DNA of 44,583 nucleotides from Escherichia phage vB_EcoD_Over9000: sequence record NC_073079.1; one strand, 5' to 3'. The notes beneath the pieces are model-generated. The model was given only the letters and a program-made list of their open reading frames with translations, did not search any database and was not told where the DNA came from. Every line of letters begins with the position of its first letter. The stretch's first letter is position 1. Positions 27,088-36,019 of the stretch are shown here, in pieces. The position numbers and the translations under genes are program-made.

Positions 27088-27411
27088 TTACGAATAAAAA
27101 TTTGGGTCGCGTGCAACGTCTACTAGATACAGGTTACTCATGCGATTGCCGTAGTGCCCCGGTGTGCGCTGGCGGCACACAACGGCGAAGCCTGGTGGAA
27201 TTGTATTGCCCGTCTCGATAATCCACGCCACGCGTGCGCCAGACAGCGTCTTGCCGTTGTATTCGATGCGCGTGCCACCATCGGCAGTGTTAAGGTTGCC
27301 AATCTTACATCCTGTGGACTTCAGGCGAATGACACCGGTCTTGCTGTCGTAGGAAAAAAGCTGATTGGTCATTGCCACTGAAAAGTCGATTGCGTCGAAT
27401 GCAGTATTCAT
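27088..27411 (-). CDS. HNH_3-like small protein (possibly degenerate homing-endonuclease relative)
   Basis: 107 aa; layout GK...ARVAWIIETGNTIPPGFAVVCR...HYGNRMSNLYLV parallels the HNH_3 pattern GK..HRLxW...G.IP.G..IDHI.G...DNR..NLRL, but canonical His positions appear substituted; by-eye alignment. Confidence 0.4.
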   Translation of the reverse strand: MNTAFDAIDFSVAMTNQLFSYDSKTGVIRLKSTGCKIGNLNTADGGTRIEYNGKTLSGARVAWIIETGNTIPPGFAVVCRQRTPGHYGNRMSNLYLVDVARDPNFYS

Positions 27412-28103
27412 TTTAAATTTTCCTCGTTAACCGCTATCGCGAAGCCGCGCGGGGTGAGTGAGCGGATTAATTTTGTACGAGCGGATTTACCACCGAGGCG
27501 ACTATACTGCTTCGAGTACCCTTTTTCAACGAAAACAGGTTTCTTCTCTGGCATACGGAAGCCGTTTCCAGTCCATAAGCAGGTCAGCTTCGGATATGAA
27601 TCGCGGGCGTTGATGTATTCAGGGAACAACGGATGTACGTCATCCTCCGGCAGATATCCCCCATACTCCCACGGGTCGAACGAGTGATCAGGCTTGCGCC
27701 ACTGGGTGGAAAGCACACTGCGCGGATTCTCAATCATATATGGCACTTCGAAGAAGTCACCCAGGTAAGCGGCGATCTTCGCGGTTCGCACCGCCTTAAG
27801 CTGAAAGGCGGGGTCTTTTGCACGCTTGCGCGGGAAAGCTGGCGCGCCGCTCACTGCCAGATCCGTACACGGAGGGAACGCATAGATTATATCCGGCGTA
27901 CCGAAATCGCCATTCATCGCGCGGTCCACGAAGTCCAGGTCGATAAACTCATTGCGATACCGTATTCCGCGACCATAAATCCGGTAGTCAAGGTACGACC
28001 CGTGATCGGCTTCGGAGTAGTTAAAACAGTAGCACTTATGCCCCATCTCGGCAGCACGCTCAATCATCAAGCCGCTGCCGTCAAACAATGACCAGATTAT
28101 CAT
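27408..28103 (-). CDS. DNA cytosine-5 methyltransferase-like protein (compact, no obvious target-recognition domain)
   Basis: 231 aa; motif I SLFDGSG, motif IV AFPPCTDLAVSG (Pro-Cys catalytic dipeptide), motif VI-like IENP; unusually short for a C5-MTase. Confidence 0.65.
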   Translation of the reverse strand: MIIWSLFDGSGLMIERAAEMGHKCYCFNYSEADHGSYLDYRIYGRGIRYRNEFIDLDFVDRAMNGDFGTPDIIYAFPPCTDLAVSGAPAFPRKRAKDPAFQLKAVRTAKIAAYLGDFFEVPYMIENPRSVLSTQWRKPDHSFDPWEYGGYLPEDDVHPLFPEYINARDSYPKLTCLWTGNGFRMPEKKPVFVEKGYSKQYSRLGGKSARTKLIRSLTPRGFAIAVNEENLK

Positions 28104-29524
28104 TTGCGCGCCTTCTTAGCTTTCATGTATTCCATCAAGTCGTCCTGAATGTCTCGCTTACTGTCGCGACGCTCGGCGACCAATTCGTCCAGTGTCCCGC
28201 GAGCCTGGATAATGTAGACGAATACTGGTCGAGGGTGTCCGGCTTGCATCTGGCGAACCGGCCCGATACGTTCAACGATCTGCGAAAAATGCTCAAAGTT
28301 CCATGTATCGGAGAAGATTGCCAGGTGATGACCGCCGTCCTGCAAGTTAAGGCCGTGGCCTGCCGATGCCGGGTGCGCAAACATGATGGGGATCTCGCCC
28401 CTGTTCCATGCTTCCATATCCTTATTGCCCTGCTTACCTTTACCCAACGCAACGCCGTGCGGGAATTTCTTCTTGAGACGTGCCAGATCATGCTTGTACT
28501 GATAGGCAACGAGCAACGGTGCGCCGTTCAACTCCTCCACGATACTTTCCAGCGCGTCCAGTTTAGCGTCGTGAATTTTCACCCATTCGTCGGTGCGCTC
28601 GCCGTCTTCGTCGACCTTATACACGGCCCCGGAAGCAAGCTGAAGGCACTTAATAGTCTTCGAAGCAGCGTTCGCCGCCTCCACCGTTCCGCTTTCCAGT
28701 TCGGCAAATAGCTCCGCTTCGAATTGGTCATAAATCTTGCGGGCTTTTTTCGGCAGGTCCACAACAACCGGCGTATAGATTGGCTTGTCACACCCGAAGT
28801 ATTCAGCCGCATCAACGGTTAGCGACACGTCGGACAGTCGTTGTTGTATTTCTTTCTCGGAGTTCTTAAGCGGGGCGTGCTGCATCGTGAAGCTGCCAGG
28901 CTTAACAGGCTTGCTAATAAACCAGCGGTCCGTGAACGCCTTATAGCTACTGCCGAGACGTTCGCCGCCGTCGACAAACCACGTCTGACCCCATAGGTCT
29001 TTCAGCCCGTTCGGTGCGGGTGTGCCAGTCAGGTTAATCCAGCGCTTGACGTGCTTATGTGCAATCGCTGCCAGCGCACGGGCGCGCTTACTTCCCTGCT
29101 TGCTTCTATAGCCTTTCAGCTTAGTGGATTCATCGGCAACAACGACCGTAAAGGGCCACTCGTCGCCGCAATACTCTACAAGCCACTCAACCACATCATA
29201 GTTAACACAAACCACGTTAGCGTCGCTCTCAAGCGCAGCGATGCGGTCCTTCTCTGGTCCGGTGCCGTCTACTACCAGCAGGGCAGGGAAGCGCCATTTT
29301 TCTTGCTCCGGAGGCCATGTACCGGACGCAACGCGCAGCGGGGCCAGCACCAGTACGCGGTCCTCCTGGTTGGATAGGATGCCGGTCTGGAACATTTTAT
29401 TCAGCGCCCACATAGTCGCGCCGGTTTTACCCGACCCCATTGTCGCCCAAATATTGCAGCGCTTATGCTTGAGGATGAACGCGGTTATCAACTTCTGATA
29501 TTCGCGACGTCGGAAACGTGCCAT
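28100..29524 (-). CDS. SF2 DNA helicase (SNF2/DEAD-like)
   Basis: Walker A GSGKTG and DExx-type box VVVADESTKLK; start placed at ATG 29524 (MARFRR...) to avoid an 86-bp overlap with the upstream small gene; the ORF-track start is 29614. Confidence 0.8.
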   Translation of the reverse strand: MARFRRREYQKLITAFILKHKRCNIWATMGSGKTGATMWALNKMFQTGILSNQEDRVLVLAPLRVASGTWPPEQEKWRFPALLVVDGTGPEKDRIAALESDANVVCVNYDVVEWLVEYCGDEWPFTVVVADESTKLKGYRSKQGSKRARALAAIAHKHVKRWINLTGTPAPNGLKDLWGQTWFVDGGERLGSSYKAFTDRWFISKPVKPGSFTMQHAPLKNSEKEIQQRLSDVSLTVDAAEYFGCDKPIYTPVVVDLPKKARKIYDQFEAELFAELESGTVEAANAASKTIKCLQLASGAVYKVDEDGERTDEWVKIHDAKLDALESIVEELNGAPLLVAYQYKHDLARLKKKFPHGVALGKGKQGNKDMEAWNRGEIPIMFAHPASAGHGLNLQDGGHHLAIFSDTWNFEHFSQIVERIGPVRQMQAGHPRPVFVYIIQARGTLDELVAERRDSKRDIQDDLMEYMKAKKARK

Positions 29525-29528
29525 ATCT

Positions 29529-29747
29529 TTATTCCGCCTTTTTCCAGACTTCGGTTTCACTGTTCCAGTTCCTTTTTGTAGCGTCGTAGTTGGTGGCGTG
29601 TCCGATGTGCACACCCGTCGCCCGGAAGCTCTTAAATTTTTGCCAGCATACCGTCAACGGCAGCGGGTCATTCATGCCCGCGATAAACCATACTCGATCG
29701 CCCGGTTTACATTCGCCCAGCTTGGTGAGTCGGTAATGATCTTTCAT
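29529..29747 (-). CDS. small hypothetical protein
   Basis: About 72 aa from ATG 29747 (RBS GGGAGAC); ends 4 bp before the proposed helicase start. Confidence 0.4.
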   Translation of the reverse strand: MKDHYRLTKLGECKPGDRVWFIAGMNDPLPLTVCWQKFKSFRATGVHIGHATNYDATKRNWNSETEVWKKAE

Positions 29748-29790
29748 CGTCATGTCTCCCAAAAATGGCGGGACAAGCCCGCCGTATTAA

Positions 29791-29964
29791 TTATTTTTGC
29801 TCTGCGCGGTAGCGGCGCTGCCGTTCGCGCTCTTTTTTATTGCGGCACGATTTGCACTCGGCCCGATACCCGTCCGGGCTGCGTGCAGTCTTACCAGTGT
29901 ATTTATGGAACTGGGATAGCGGTTTAATGCAGCCGCAATTACTGCAACGTTTTTCTTCAATCAT
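29791..29964 (-). CDS. small zinc-ribbon protein (putative)
   Basis: 57 aa from ATG 29964 (RBS GAGGG); CxxC...CxxC (CSNCGC ... CKSC) and basic C-terminal tail. Confidence 0.4.
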   Translation of the reverse strand: MIEEKRCSNCGCIKPLSQFHKYTGKTARSPDGYRAECKSCRNKKERERQRRYRAEQK

Positions 29965-30004
29965 CTCTAAAACCCTCGATATTGCTAACCGGCACACTAT
30001 ACCG

Positions 30005-30283
30005 CTATGCGACCAATTCAGCAACCAATAAATCACAGTCGGCGATGTTGTCTATAACGCGAACGTCAGCGCCGCGGCGGGCCATCCGCTCATGTTCACG
30101 TACCTGGTGCGGCTTCGGTTTTCCTCCGGGGCGCTTCACTTCGACGAACACTATTTTGCCGTTGATGATAATAATCAGGTCGGGAGCACCTGCGCGCCCC
30201 TCCCATGCCAGTTTTCTGCAGAATCCGCCGACCTCTTTAACCCGTTTCATAAGGTGACGCTGCACCTTGCCTTCGGGTGTCAT
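30005..30283 (-). CDS. VRR-NUC domain nuclease
   Basis: 92 aa; GAPDLIIIINGKIVFVEVKRPGGKPKPHQ matches the VRR-NUC PD-(D/E)xK signature (PD...EVK...Q). Confidence 0.8.
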   Translation of the reverse strand: MTPEGKVQRHLMKRVKEVGGFCRKLAWEGRAGAPDLIIIINGKIVFVEVKRPGGKPKPHQVREHERMARRGADVRVIDNIADCDLLVAELVA

Positions 30284-30471
30284 TTAGTTTGCAATTCCAC
30301 GTTACGCAGACGAAGGTCTACCGGTATATCCGATCGACCGGTTAGCGCCAGCGCCAGGTTTTCAGGCGTGACAAGTGCCGTAATGGTCTTGCCACGTTCC
30401 AGTCTAATGACGATTCGAATCTCGTCGTTTTCCGCCGCGCCAGCGCGCATAATGCTCATTTCTGCTTTCAT
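30280..30471 (-). CDS. small hypothetical protein
   Basis: 63 aa from ATG 30471 (RBS AGGAAG), 4 bp after the polymerase stop; ATGA coupling with the VRR-NUC gene. Confidence 0.4.
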   Translation of the reverse strand: MKAEMSIMRAGAAENDEIRIVIRLERGKTITALVTPENLALALTGRSDIPVDLRLRNVELQTK

Positions 30472-30475
30472 AATC

Positions 30476-32767
30476 TTACTTCCTGTACCTGTACATAATG
30501 TCGCCTTCGGCGGCAAGTGGGAAGCCTTTCGCCCAAATAGGCAGGTCGCACATCAGCGCGCAAAGCTCCTCTGTCGTGTAGTCGTCGGTGTCCGGCACTT
30601 CTGTGATCAATTCATCATGCACCGATAGAACGATTTCATAGCCCGCAGCTTCAACGCCAGGCATTGACCAGGCGAGAATATCACGGCACAACGCCTGTAC
30701 TATGTTCTCCGTCAGTTTGCCGCCGTAGGTATACTGGAAGCCCCACTGGCGCGTCGTCTGATTCTCGCCCTGATATTTAATGCGGGTGCTGGTGCGTTTC
30801 TTGCCGGTATCTTCGTCGATCTCGGTCGTCACTGACAGCGCAATGCCTGGATAACTCATAATACGCCCCGACGGCAACTCAATTTTCAACCACCACCCCG
30901 CGGCGTTCGGGTCGTCGCGTTCCTCGTCGAAGGTTGGGTCATGCTTCGCCTTCGTGCGGACTATCTTGAGCGCTTTCTTACCATCCGGGCGAACGTTCGC
31001 GCCAGCCCAGTACGCTTTGCCAGGATTGCGGATTGCACACAACACCGCGTCCTCAAGCTCGGCCCAAAAGGCTACCGTCTTCGGGTGAGCCTCGCGCCAC
31101 ATGCGTTTAATCGCATCACACGTAAGCCATACGTTTTTCGGCAGTATGTAAGTCGGGCGCTCGTCCTTCTTGCCAGGCTTTGGCGGTCGCTTCGCTTCGT
31201 TAATGCGGGCGTACTCATAACCCCGTTTAGCCGCTGCCCAAATGTGATCGGGGAATGTGCCCTTCATGACGTCCGCCATCGCGTAAAGGTCGAGGCCCAG
31301 GTTTTTAGCGAACTGCAAGAACGCCGCGACGCCGCCACCATAGCCCAGTCCCAATTCACACGCCTTACCGATCTGGCGCAAGTCTTTGCGGTTGGCTTTA
31401 ATGTAGTCCGGGTCCAGGCCGAACATCTTACCGGCAGTCTCACAATAGATATCGCGACCGGCCCTAAACACCATTAGCGCGGTTTTCTCGCCCGCGATCC
31501 AGGCAAGTCCACGCCCTTCCACGTTGGAGTAGTCCGCTACGACAAACTTCTTGCCCTTAGCCGGGATAATGCACCCGCGAACGGTAGAGGCTGTTAGCTT
31601 AGATATGTCATACGCCCAGTGCGCGGTCCCGCGTAACAGGGAATTGATGCCGTTGGTGAGCATGTGCGACCGGACCCAAAAAGCAACGTCGCTCTCGCCT
31701 TCGCGGCGCTTAATCTTCCCTTCGTGATCGTCGCTATACTCGCCGCGTGCCAGGTTTTGAGGCTGGAAGCCTTTACCCGCCCAGCGCAGCGTGCGCTTTG
31801 CGCCGCCATACTGAAGACACCCACGGCGGCGACCATCTGCGGATAAGCCGTTAACTAGCGGATTGTACTTAGTCGATGCCGTTGATGACGCACCGAGGCG
31901 CATTTCGATAAGCGCTTTGCCTTCGTCGGGGAAGTCCGGGTCTTCAAGCAGGTCGTTAAGTGTGGATTTCTGCGCGTTGTGGATTGTGAACGCCGGGGCG
32001 ATATCACGCAGGATTGGCAGGAAGTCATTGCCTGTCAGTTTACCGCCAAATCGCTCCCAGGCTTCCTCCTTCAATTCTTCCTTATGCGCCTGCACCGCTT
32101 TGATCGCGGCGCGCGCCAGGTCAACGTCCACATAGAAGCCGCGGTCATTGATCAACTGGTCAATAAGCAGGATTTCGTCTTCCTTCGGCGTGTTACCCCA
32201 GTCCGGTATGCGCCAGTATACTTCCCTCATCGCTATAATATCCAGCGCGGCATAGCGCAGGAATTTAGCCCACTCCTCGGGGTGCGTCTCGCGCGTGTAG
32301 CGGCGGATTTTGTATGTCTTAGGGGTTGGCTTACAGAATCGTTTGATCAGCGCCTTGCCCGCCTTATCCTTCGCGTGCTCTGCGTCGACGCCCAACACCT
32401 GGCACTGCATATCGAGGCTACCCGGCAGCGCGTGTCGAAAGGCCATAATCATGGTGTCTTCGATCTGGCACACCGGCAGATCTATACCCCACTTCTCGCG
32501 AATAACAAGGCGGTCAAACAGGAGGCCGTTAGCCATCACTATTTTTGCTTTCTTGCGGGATACACGGCGGAGCGCCTTGCGCAGTTCACGCGGCATTGTT
32601 GGGGATTCAGTGGCATCCCATGTCTGCACGCGGCCCTCGTCGATGGCGTATGTGCAAATCATAATCTCGGTGGTTGGGTGCTCTGCGTAGGCGTACGCCC
32701 CAACCTTCTTTAGGTCCACCCCGCTAAATGTCTCGGTGTCGAGAAACAGACGTTCGAAGTCTTTCAT
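30476..32767 (-). CDS. DNA polymerase I (family A) with 3'-5' exonuclease domain
   Basis: 763 aa; exo motifs FLDTETF and YAALD; polymerase motif A VVADYSNVEGR, motif B RKDLRQIGKACELGLGYGGG, motif C VLSVHDELI. Confidence 0.9.
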   Translation of the reverse strand: MKDFERLFLDTETFSGVDLKKVGAYAYAEHPTTEIMICTYAIDEGRVQTWDATESPTMPRELRKALRRVSRKKAKIVMANGLLFDRLVIREKWGIDLPVCQIEDTMIMAFRHALPGSLDMQCQVLGVDAEHAKDKAGKALIKRFCKPTPKTYKIRRYTRETHPEEWAKFLRYAALDIIAMREVYWRIPDWGNTPKEDEILLIDQLINDRGFYVDVDLARAAIKAVQAHKEELKEEAWERFGGKLTGNDFLPILRDIAPAFTIHNAQKSTLNDLLEDPDFPDEGKALIEMRLGASSTASTKYNPLVNGLSADGRRRGCLQYGGAKRTLRWAGKGFQPQNLARGEYSDDHEGKIKRREGESDVAFWVRSHMLTNGINSLLRGTAHWAYDISKLTASTVRGCIIPAKGKKFVVADYSNVEGRGLAWIAGEKTALMVFRAGRDIYCETAGKMFGLDPDYIKANRKDLRQIGKACELGLGYGGGVAAFLQFAKNLGLDLYAMADVMKGTFPDHIWAAAKRGYEYARINEAKRPPKPGKKDERPTYILPKNVWLTCDAIKRMWREAHPKTVAFWAELEDAVLCAIRNPGKAYWAGANVRPDGKKALKIVRTKAKHDPTFDEERDDPNAAGWWLKIELPSGRIMSYPGIALSVTTEIDEDTGKKRTSTRIKYQGENQTTRQWGFQYTYGGKLTENIVQALCRDILAWSMPGVEAAGYEIVLSVHDELITEVPDTDDYTTEELCALMCDLPIWAKGFPLAAEGDIMYRYRK

Positions 32768-32934
32768 TGCTTTATCCTCACTACGGCGTCAGCGCTGCCG
32801 ATCATGGAGAAGATGCCGTCTGACAGGGCGATCTCTTCGCCGTTGTTGCGAATCTCGGCAACTGTGAAATATTCCCCCAGTAGCTTGGACCATACTTGCA
32901 TTCCGACTTTTACTTCGCTGGCTTTAATACGCAT
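32764..32934 (-). CDS. small hypothetical protein (uncertain)
   Basis: 56 aa ORF (MRIKASEVKVGMQVWSKLLGEYFTV...) whose TGA stop overlaps the polymerase ATG (ATGA); below the ORF-track size cutoff. Confidence 0.3.
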   Translation of the reverse strand: MRIKASEVKVGMQVWSKLLGEYFTVAEIRNNGEEIALSDGIFSMIGSADAVVRIKQ

Positions 32935-32992
32935 TTTTCATTGTCCTATTAAAAAGCCCGCATTAAGCGGGCTTGAATAGTGGGCTTTGCCC

Positions 32993-33775
32993 TTAACGGC
33001 GGCGACGTTTACGTGGCGCTTCGTCTTCGTCGTCGTCCTCATCTTCGTCATCGCGTGGCTTACGACGTTTGCGAGGTTTTTCATCTTCCTCATCGTCGTC
33101 GTCATCGCGGCGCTTGGATTTCTTGGACTTGCGCGGCTTGTCATCTTCATCATCGTCATCACGACGTTTTGACTTTTTGGACTTGCGCGGTGCTTCGTCT
33201 TCGTCGTCGTTGTCCAGGTCTTCATCGGAGCAAGAAGACCCGCCACCTCCGAAGGCTTCGCCGTCTTCACGGAATCGCAGACCCAGCAAGCCAGCACCGA
33301 GTCCCTTACCGTTGGTGTTGTTCCACGCCCAAATATCCAGTGACACGTTGCAATAACAACCGGAATAGATTTCCTGGCCTTCGATCTCGTCGCCTTCTAC
33401 GGTCAGACCTTGCTCGGTCTGCTTCTCGCCCAGTGACGTTTGGATGTTAGGCTGTTTGAACGATTTGGCGTTGATGTACAACATGCCTTCGAACTCTTCG
33501 GTTACTTCGTCGCGCTCGTCACCGTCGCGAACTGCGCATTCCTTAGAATCCTGGGCGTAGTGGCGGTCCATCCACTTATCGGCATTCTTCTCGGATTTCA
33601 GCTTGTCGGTGAGCACTGCGCGCGCTGCCGCTTCCACTTTGTCCACCTGCGGATCTTCTTTATCCAGAAGAATCACTGCACGGTATGCCGGTTTTTGTCC
33701 ATCCTGTTTAGGGGTATCGCGTTCCCAAATTTTCAGGAAACATACGCGCACATTTTTCAGGTTGACTTTAGCCAT
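32993..33775 (-). CDS. ssDNA-binding protein-like (DUF2815-type) with zwitterionic repeat C-terminal tail
   Basis: 260 aa from ATG 33775 (RBS GAGGAA); N-terminus MAKVNLKNVRVCF... resembles DUF2815 phage SSB-like proteins; C-terminus has three repeats of acidic run plus KPRKSKKSKRR-type basic run. Confidence 0.55.
   Translation of the reverse strand: MAKVNLKNVRVCFLKIWERDTPKQDGQKPAYRAVILLDKEDPQVDKVEAAARAVLTDKLKSEKNADKWMDRHYAQDSKECAVRDGDERDEVTEEFEGMLYINAKSFKQPNIQTSLGEKQTEQGLTVEGDEIEGQEIYSGCYCNVSLDIWAWNNTNGKGLGAGLLGLRFREDGEAFGGGGSSCSDEDLDNDDEDEAPRKSKKSKRRDDDDEDDKPRKSKKSKRRDDDDDEEDEKPRKRRKPRDDEDEDDDEDEAPRKRRRR
33040..33230. repeat. imperfect tandem repeats within the SSB-like gene 3' end
   Basis: About 57-bp units (...TTGGACTTGCGCGG...TCATCTTCATCATCGTCATC...) encoding the alternating acidic/basic protein repeats. 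Confidence 0.6.
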
Positions 33776-33865
33776 TTTCCAATTCCTCATTTTCACATGT
33801 ATCGGGGTTATTGGAAGCCACCCCGTTCGGCTTGGTTGCAAATTTACTCGGTTGCGCCTAAGCGG

Positions 33866-34108
33866 TCAAGCATTTTCATCAAAAAGATTTCGGGTCACGT
33901 AATTGGTTGCGTTCTCGATCCAGCTTAACGGCGGGCGGTCGATGTTCTTTTCCACCCAATCGACGGCAACTTCGCTATAGCCGTCATCCAGCCAGCGGGT
34001 CGGATGGCGAATCATCCACGCCACCATTAACACGCCGTGCACGCAATGCAGGATAAAGCCCAGCGCGCCGAGCAAAAACATCAATAAGATTGCGAATACT
34101 TTATTCAT
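33866..34108 (-). CDS. small membrane protein
   Basis: 80 aa; N-terminal hydrophobic helix FAILLMFLLGALGFILHCV; overlaps the upstream nuclease gene by 8 bp. Confidence 0.4.
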   Translation of the reverse strand: MNKVFAILLMFLLGALGFILHCVHGVLMVAWMIRHPTRWLDDGYSEVAVDWVEKNIDRPPLSWIENATNYVTRNLFDENA

Positions 34109-35531
34109 TGCTTAAGTCCTCGTCAGTAGCTTCCGACCACGCAGGGCGAGGGTCGTCGATTGGGGCTAACACCGGTTTGGCTGGTGCGCGCGTGATTTTA
34201 GCACACAGCTTCGCCCACACTTTCGGCTTTTCGTCCTTCAGTACCTTCTCGGCATCCGTAGGGCTGAGCAATGTTTCTTTGTACATCACATCGCGCTTGA
34301 TCCGGGCCTTCGTGAAGATTTCAATAACTTCGCTCTCGTCCGCCCACTTACGGATCCCTTCCTTACCGGCAACCATCTTGAGGCCCAGCGATTCACCATC
34401 ACCCGCCATTACAGCCTTAAATACCGCGGACTCGATCGCTTTGATGTGCTGGCGCATTGCGTCCAGACCTTCATAAGCCTTGCGCAGTTCCGCAGCGCTC
34501 ATAGCGCCTGGGGCCGCTTCTTTCTTACCGCGCTTCGCACGTCGTGCCGCCTTCCTGGCTTCGCGGGCCATATTGCGGTCGTGATTGGCGCATTCTTCCT
34601 CGGTCGCCACGCTCACGTCGTCGCCCAGGTCTTCGTCGGTTGCCGTTGGAGGTGTCATCGTGTCGATTGCGGCCTTAGCGCGGGCACTACACTGATCCGC
34701 AAATCGACACCACTGGCACGCATCAACGCTGGGCCGGAAGTCTGCGCGGGTGAGTCCCTTCTTGCCTCGGGAATACGCCTCCAGTGCGGCAATAGCGCGC
34801 TTGGATGCAAACTTCGCGAATATCTCCAGCGCTTCTACCGAAATATCCCACTCCGACGCCCCGCCGCAATACGGCTGGAAGATAACCAGTCGCACGGTTG
34901 TAATGTCGTACATAGTTTGCAGCTTGCGCAGCAGTCCGAGCGCGTACAACATAAGCTGTTTGTTCTCTTTCGCCTCGACCTTATGCCGCCCGGTCTTCAG
35001 GTCGCCAACAATCAGCATGTACGTTCCATCGGTCTTTTTCATTACCATGACCATATCGGCAGTACCGAACGTTTTAATCCTGTTGCCGTCGATCTCGTAG
35101 CCTGAGTGAAGGACGCGGGTCAGATCGGCGCGCATCTCAAGCTGGACAAACTCCGCCACTTCGAGGAGCGGTCGCCAGTGGTCGATGTACGCGTCGCACT
35201 GTTTCACCATGTCGTCGTTGACCAGTACGCCGCCTTTCGGTGCTTTAGGGTGTGCCTTTACTGGCCCCTTGCCTTCGTTCTCGACGTAGCACCCTTTATA
35301 CGCCTTCGCGGTTATCAGCTTTTCCCCAGCAATGATGCGGTTTAGCACGACCTCTGATACAGTGTGCATACTTGTACCGTTAATCGCAGCTTGCCCGGAT
35401 TCGTTCGGGATATCTTTTTCGACCACCAGGGCGGCAGGGCAACCCATCCATTTTTTAGCACCGGACGGTCCGAGTAATGAGTGTTCCGTATTGCTACCGG
35501 ATTGCGTTTTACGTTTTGGTTTAATCGCCAT
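34101..35531 (-). CDS. Cas4-like PD-(D/E)xK nuclease (DUF2800 family)
   Basis: 476 aa; N-terminal LLGPSGAKKWMGCP...NGTSMHTV matches the DUF2800 start signature; Cys cluster CQWCRFADQC; charged C-terminal extension. Confidence 0.7.
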   Translation of the reverse strand: MAIKPKRKTQSGSNTEHSLLGPSGAKKWMGCPAALVVEKDIPNESGQAAINGTSMHTVSEVVLNRIIAGEKLITAKAYKGCYVENEGKGPVKAHPKAPKGGVLVNDDMVKQCDAYIDHWRPLLEVAEFVQLEMRADLTRVLHSGYEIDGNRIKTFGTADMVMVMKKTDGTYMLIVGDLKTGRHKVEAKENKQLMLYALGLLRKLQTMYDITTVRLVIFQPYCGGASEWDISVEALEIFAKFASKRAIAALEAYSRGKKGLTRADFRPSVDACQWCRFADQCSARAKAAIDTMTPPTATDEDLGDDVSVATEEECANHDRNMAREARKAARRAKRGKKEAAPGAMSAAELRKAYEGLDAMRQHIKAIESAVFKAVMAGDGESLGLKMVAGKEGIRKWADESEVIEIFTKARIKRDVMYKETLLSPTDAEKVLKDEKPKVWAKLCAKITRAPAKPVLAPIDDPRPAWSEATDEDLSNE

Positions 35532-35719
35532 TATTCCACCCTTGAAAACTGAGCAATGTAATAATCATGTTCAACATTGGCCCGCTTAGCGGCATTGTTC
35601 ATGGTAGCCGCCAGTCCTCGGGCTTGCATCCAGCAGCAATTCCAGTTTTGATTCATAACAATTTCCGGTTGCTCGTCGCCGGTAATACGGCAACGAAATA
35701 AAACAAAGAAGATAGCCAT
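35531..35719 (-). CDS. small hypothetical protein
   Basis: 62 aa ORF tightly packed between neighbouring reverse-strand genes. Confidence 0.3.
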   Translation of the reverse strand: MAIFFVLFRCRITGDEQPEIVMNQNWNCCWMQARGLAATMNNAAKRANVEHDYYIAQFSRVE

Positions 35720-35971
35720 TTATTTTGTCTCCCAGCGGTCAATTGTTCTTGCTTCGGATGCAACTGCGAAGCGAACATATTCCAGATTGGAATCCGCCCA
35801 AATATAAAAATCGGGGTTAGTAAAGGTGGTGCGCTTAATTTGCGCGGGGGTGTTGCGGCGTTTATCTATTACGGCAACTCGCGACTGAAAGCTGCCGATG
35901 CGTTCGAACAGCCAATAGTACGGGCGCTGGTCGCGGGAGTCCACCGCCTCGATTAGCGTGAAGCGTGCCAT
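35720..35971 (-). CDS. small hypothetical protein
   Basis: 83 aa ORF; start 10 bp downstream (in transcript direction) of terminator 35982-36011. Confidence 0.4.
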   Translation of the reverse strand: MARFTLIEAVDSRDQRPYYWLFERIGSFQSRVAVIDKRRNTPAQIKRTTFTNPDFYIWADSNLEYVRFAVASEARTIDRWETK

Positions 35972-35981
35972 TGTCTCGTCC

Positions 35982-36011
35982 TCTAAAAAGAGGCCCGCTA
36001 ATCTGCGGGCC
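35982..36011 (-). terminator. intrinsic terminator (reverse strand) after the acidic-protein gene
   Basis: GGCCCGC-AGATTA-GCGGGCC hairpin on the reverse strand followed by CTTTTTAG. Confidence 0.6.
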
Positions 36012-36019
36012 GGAATATA

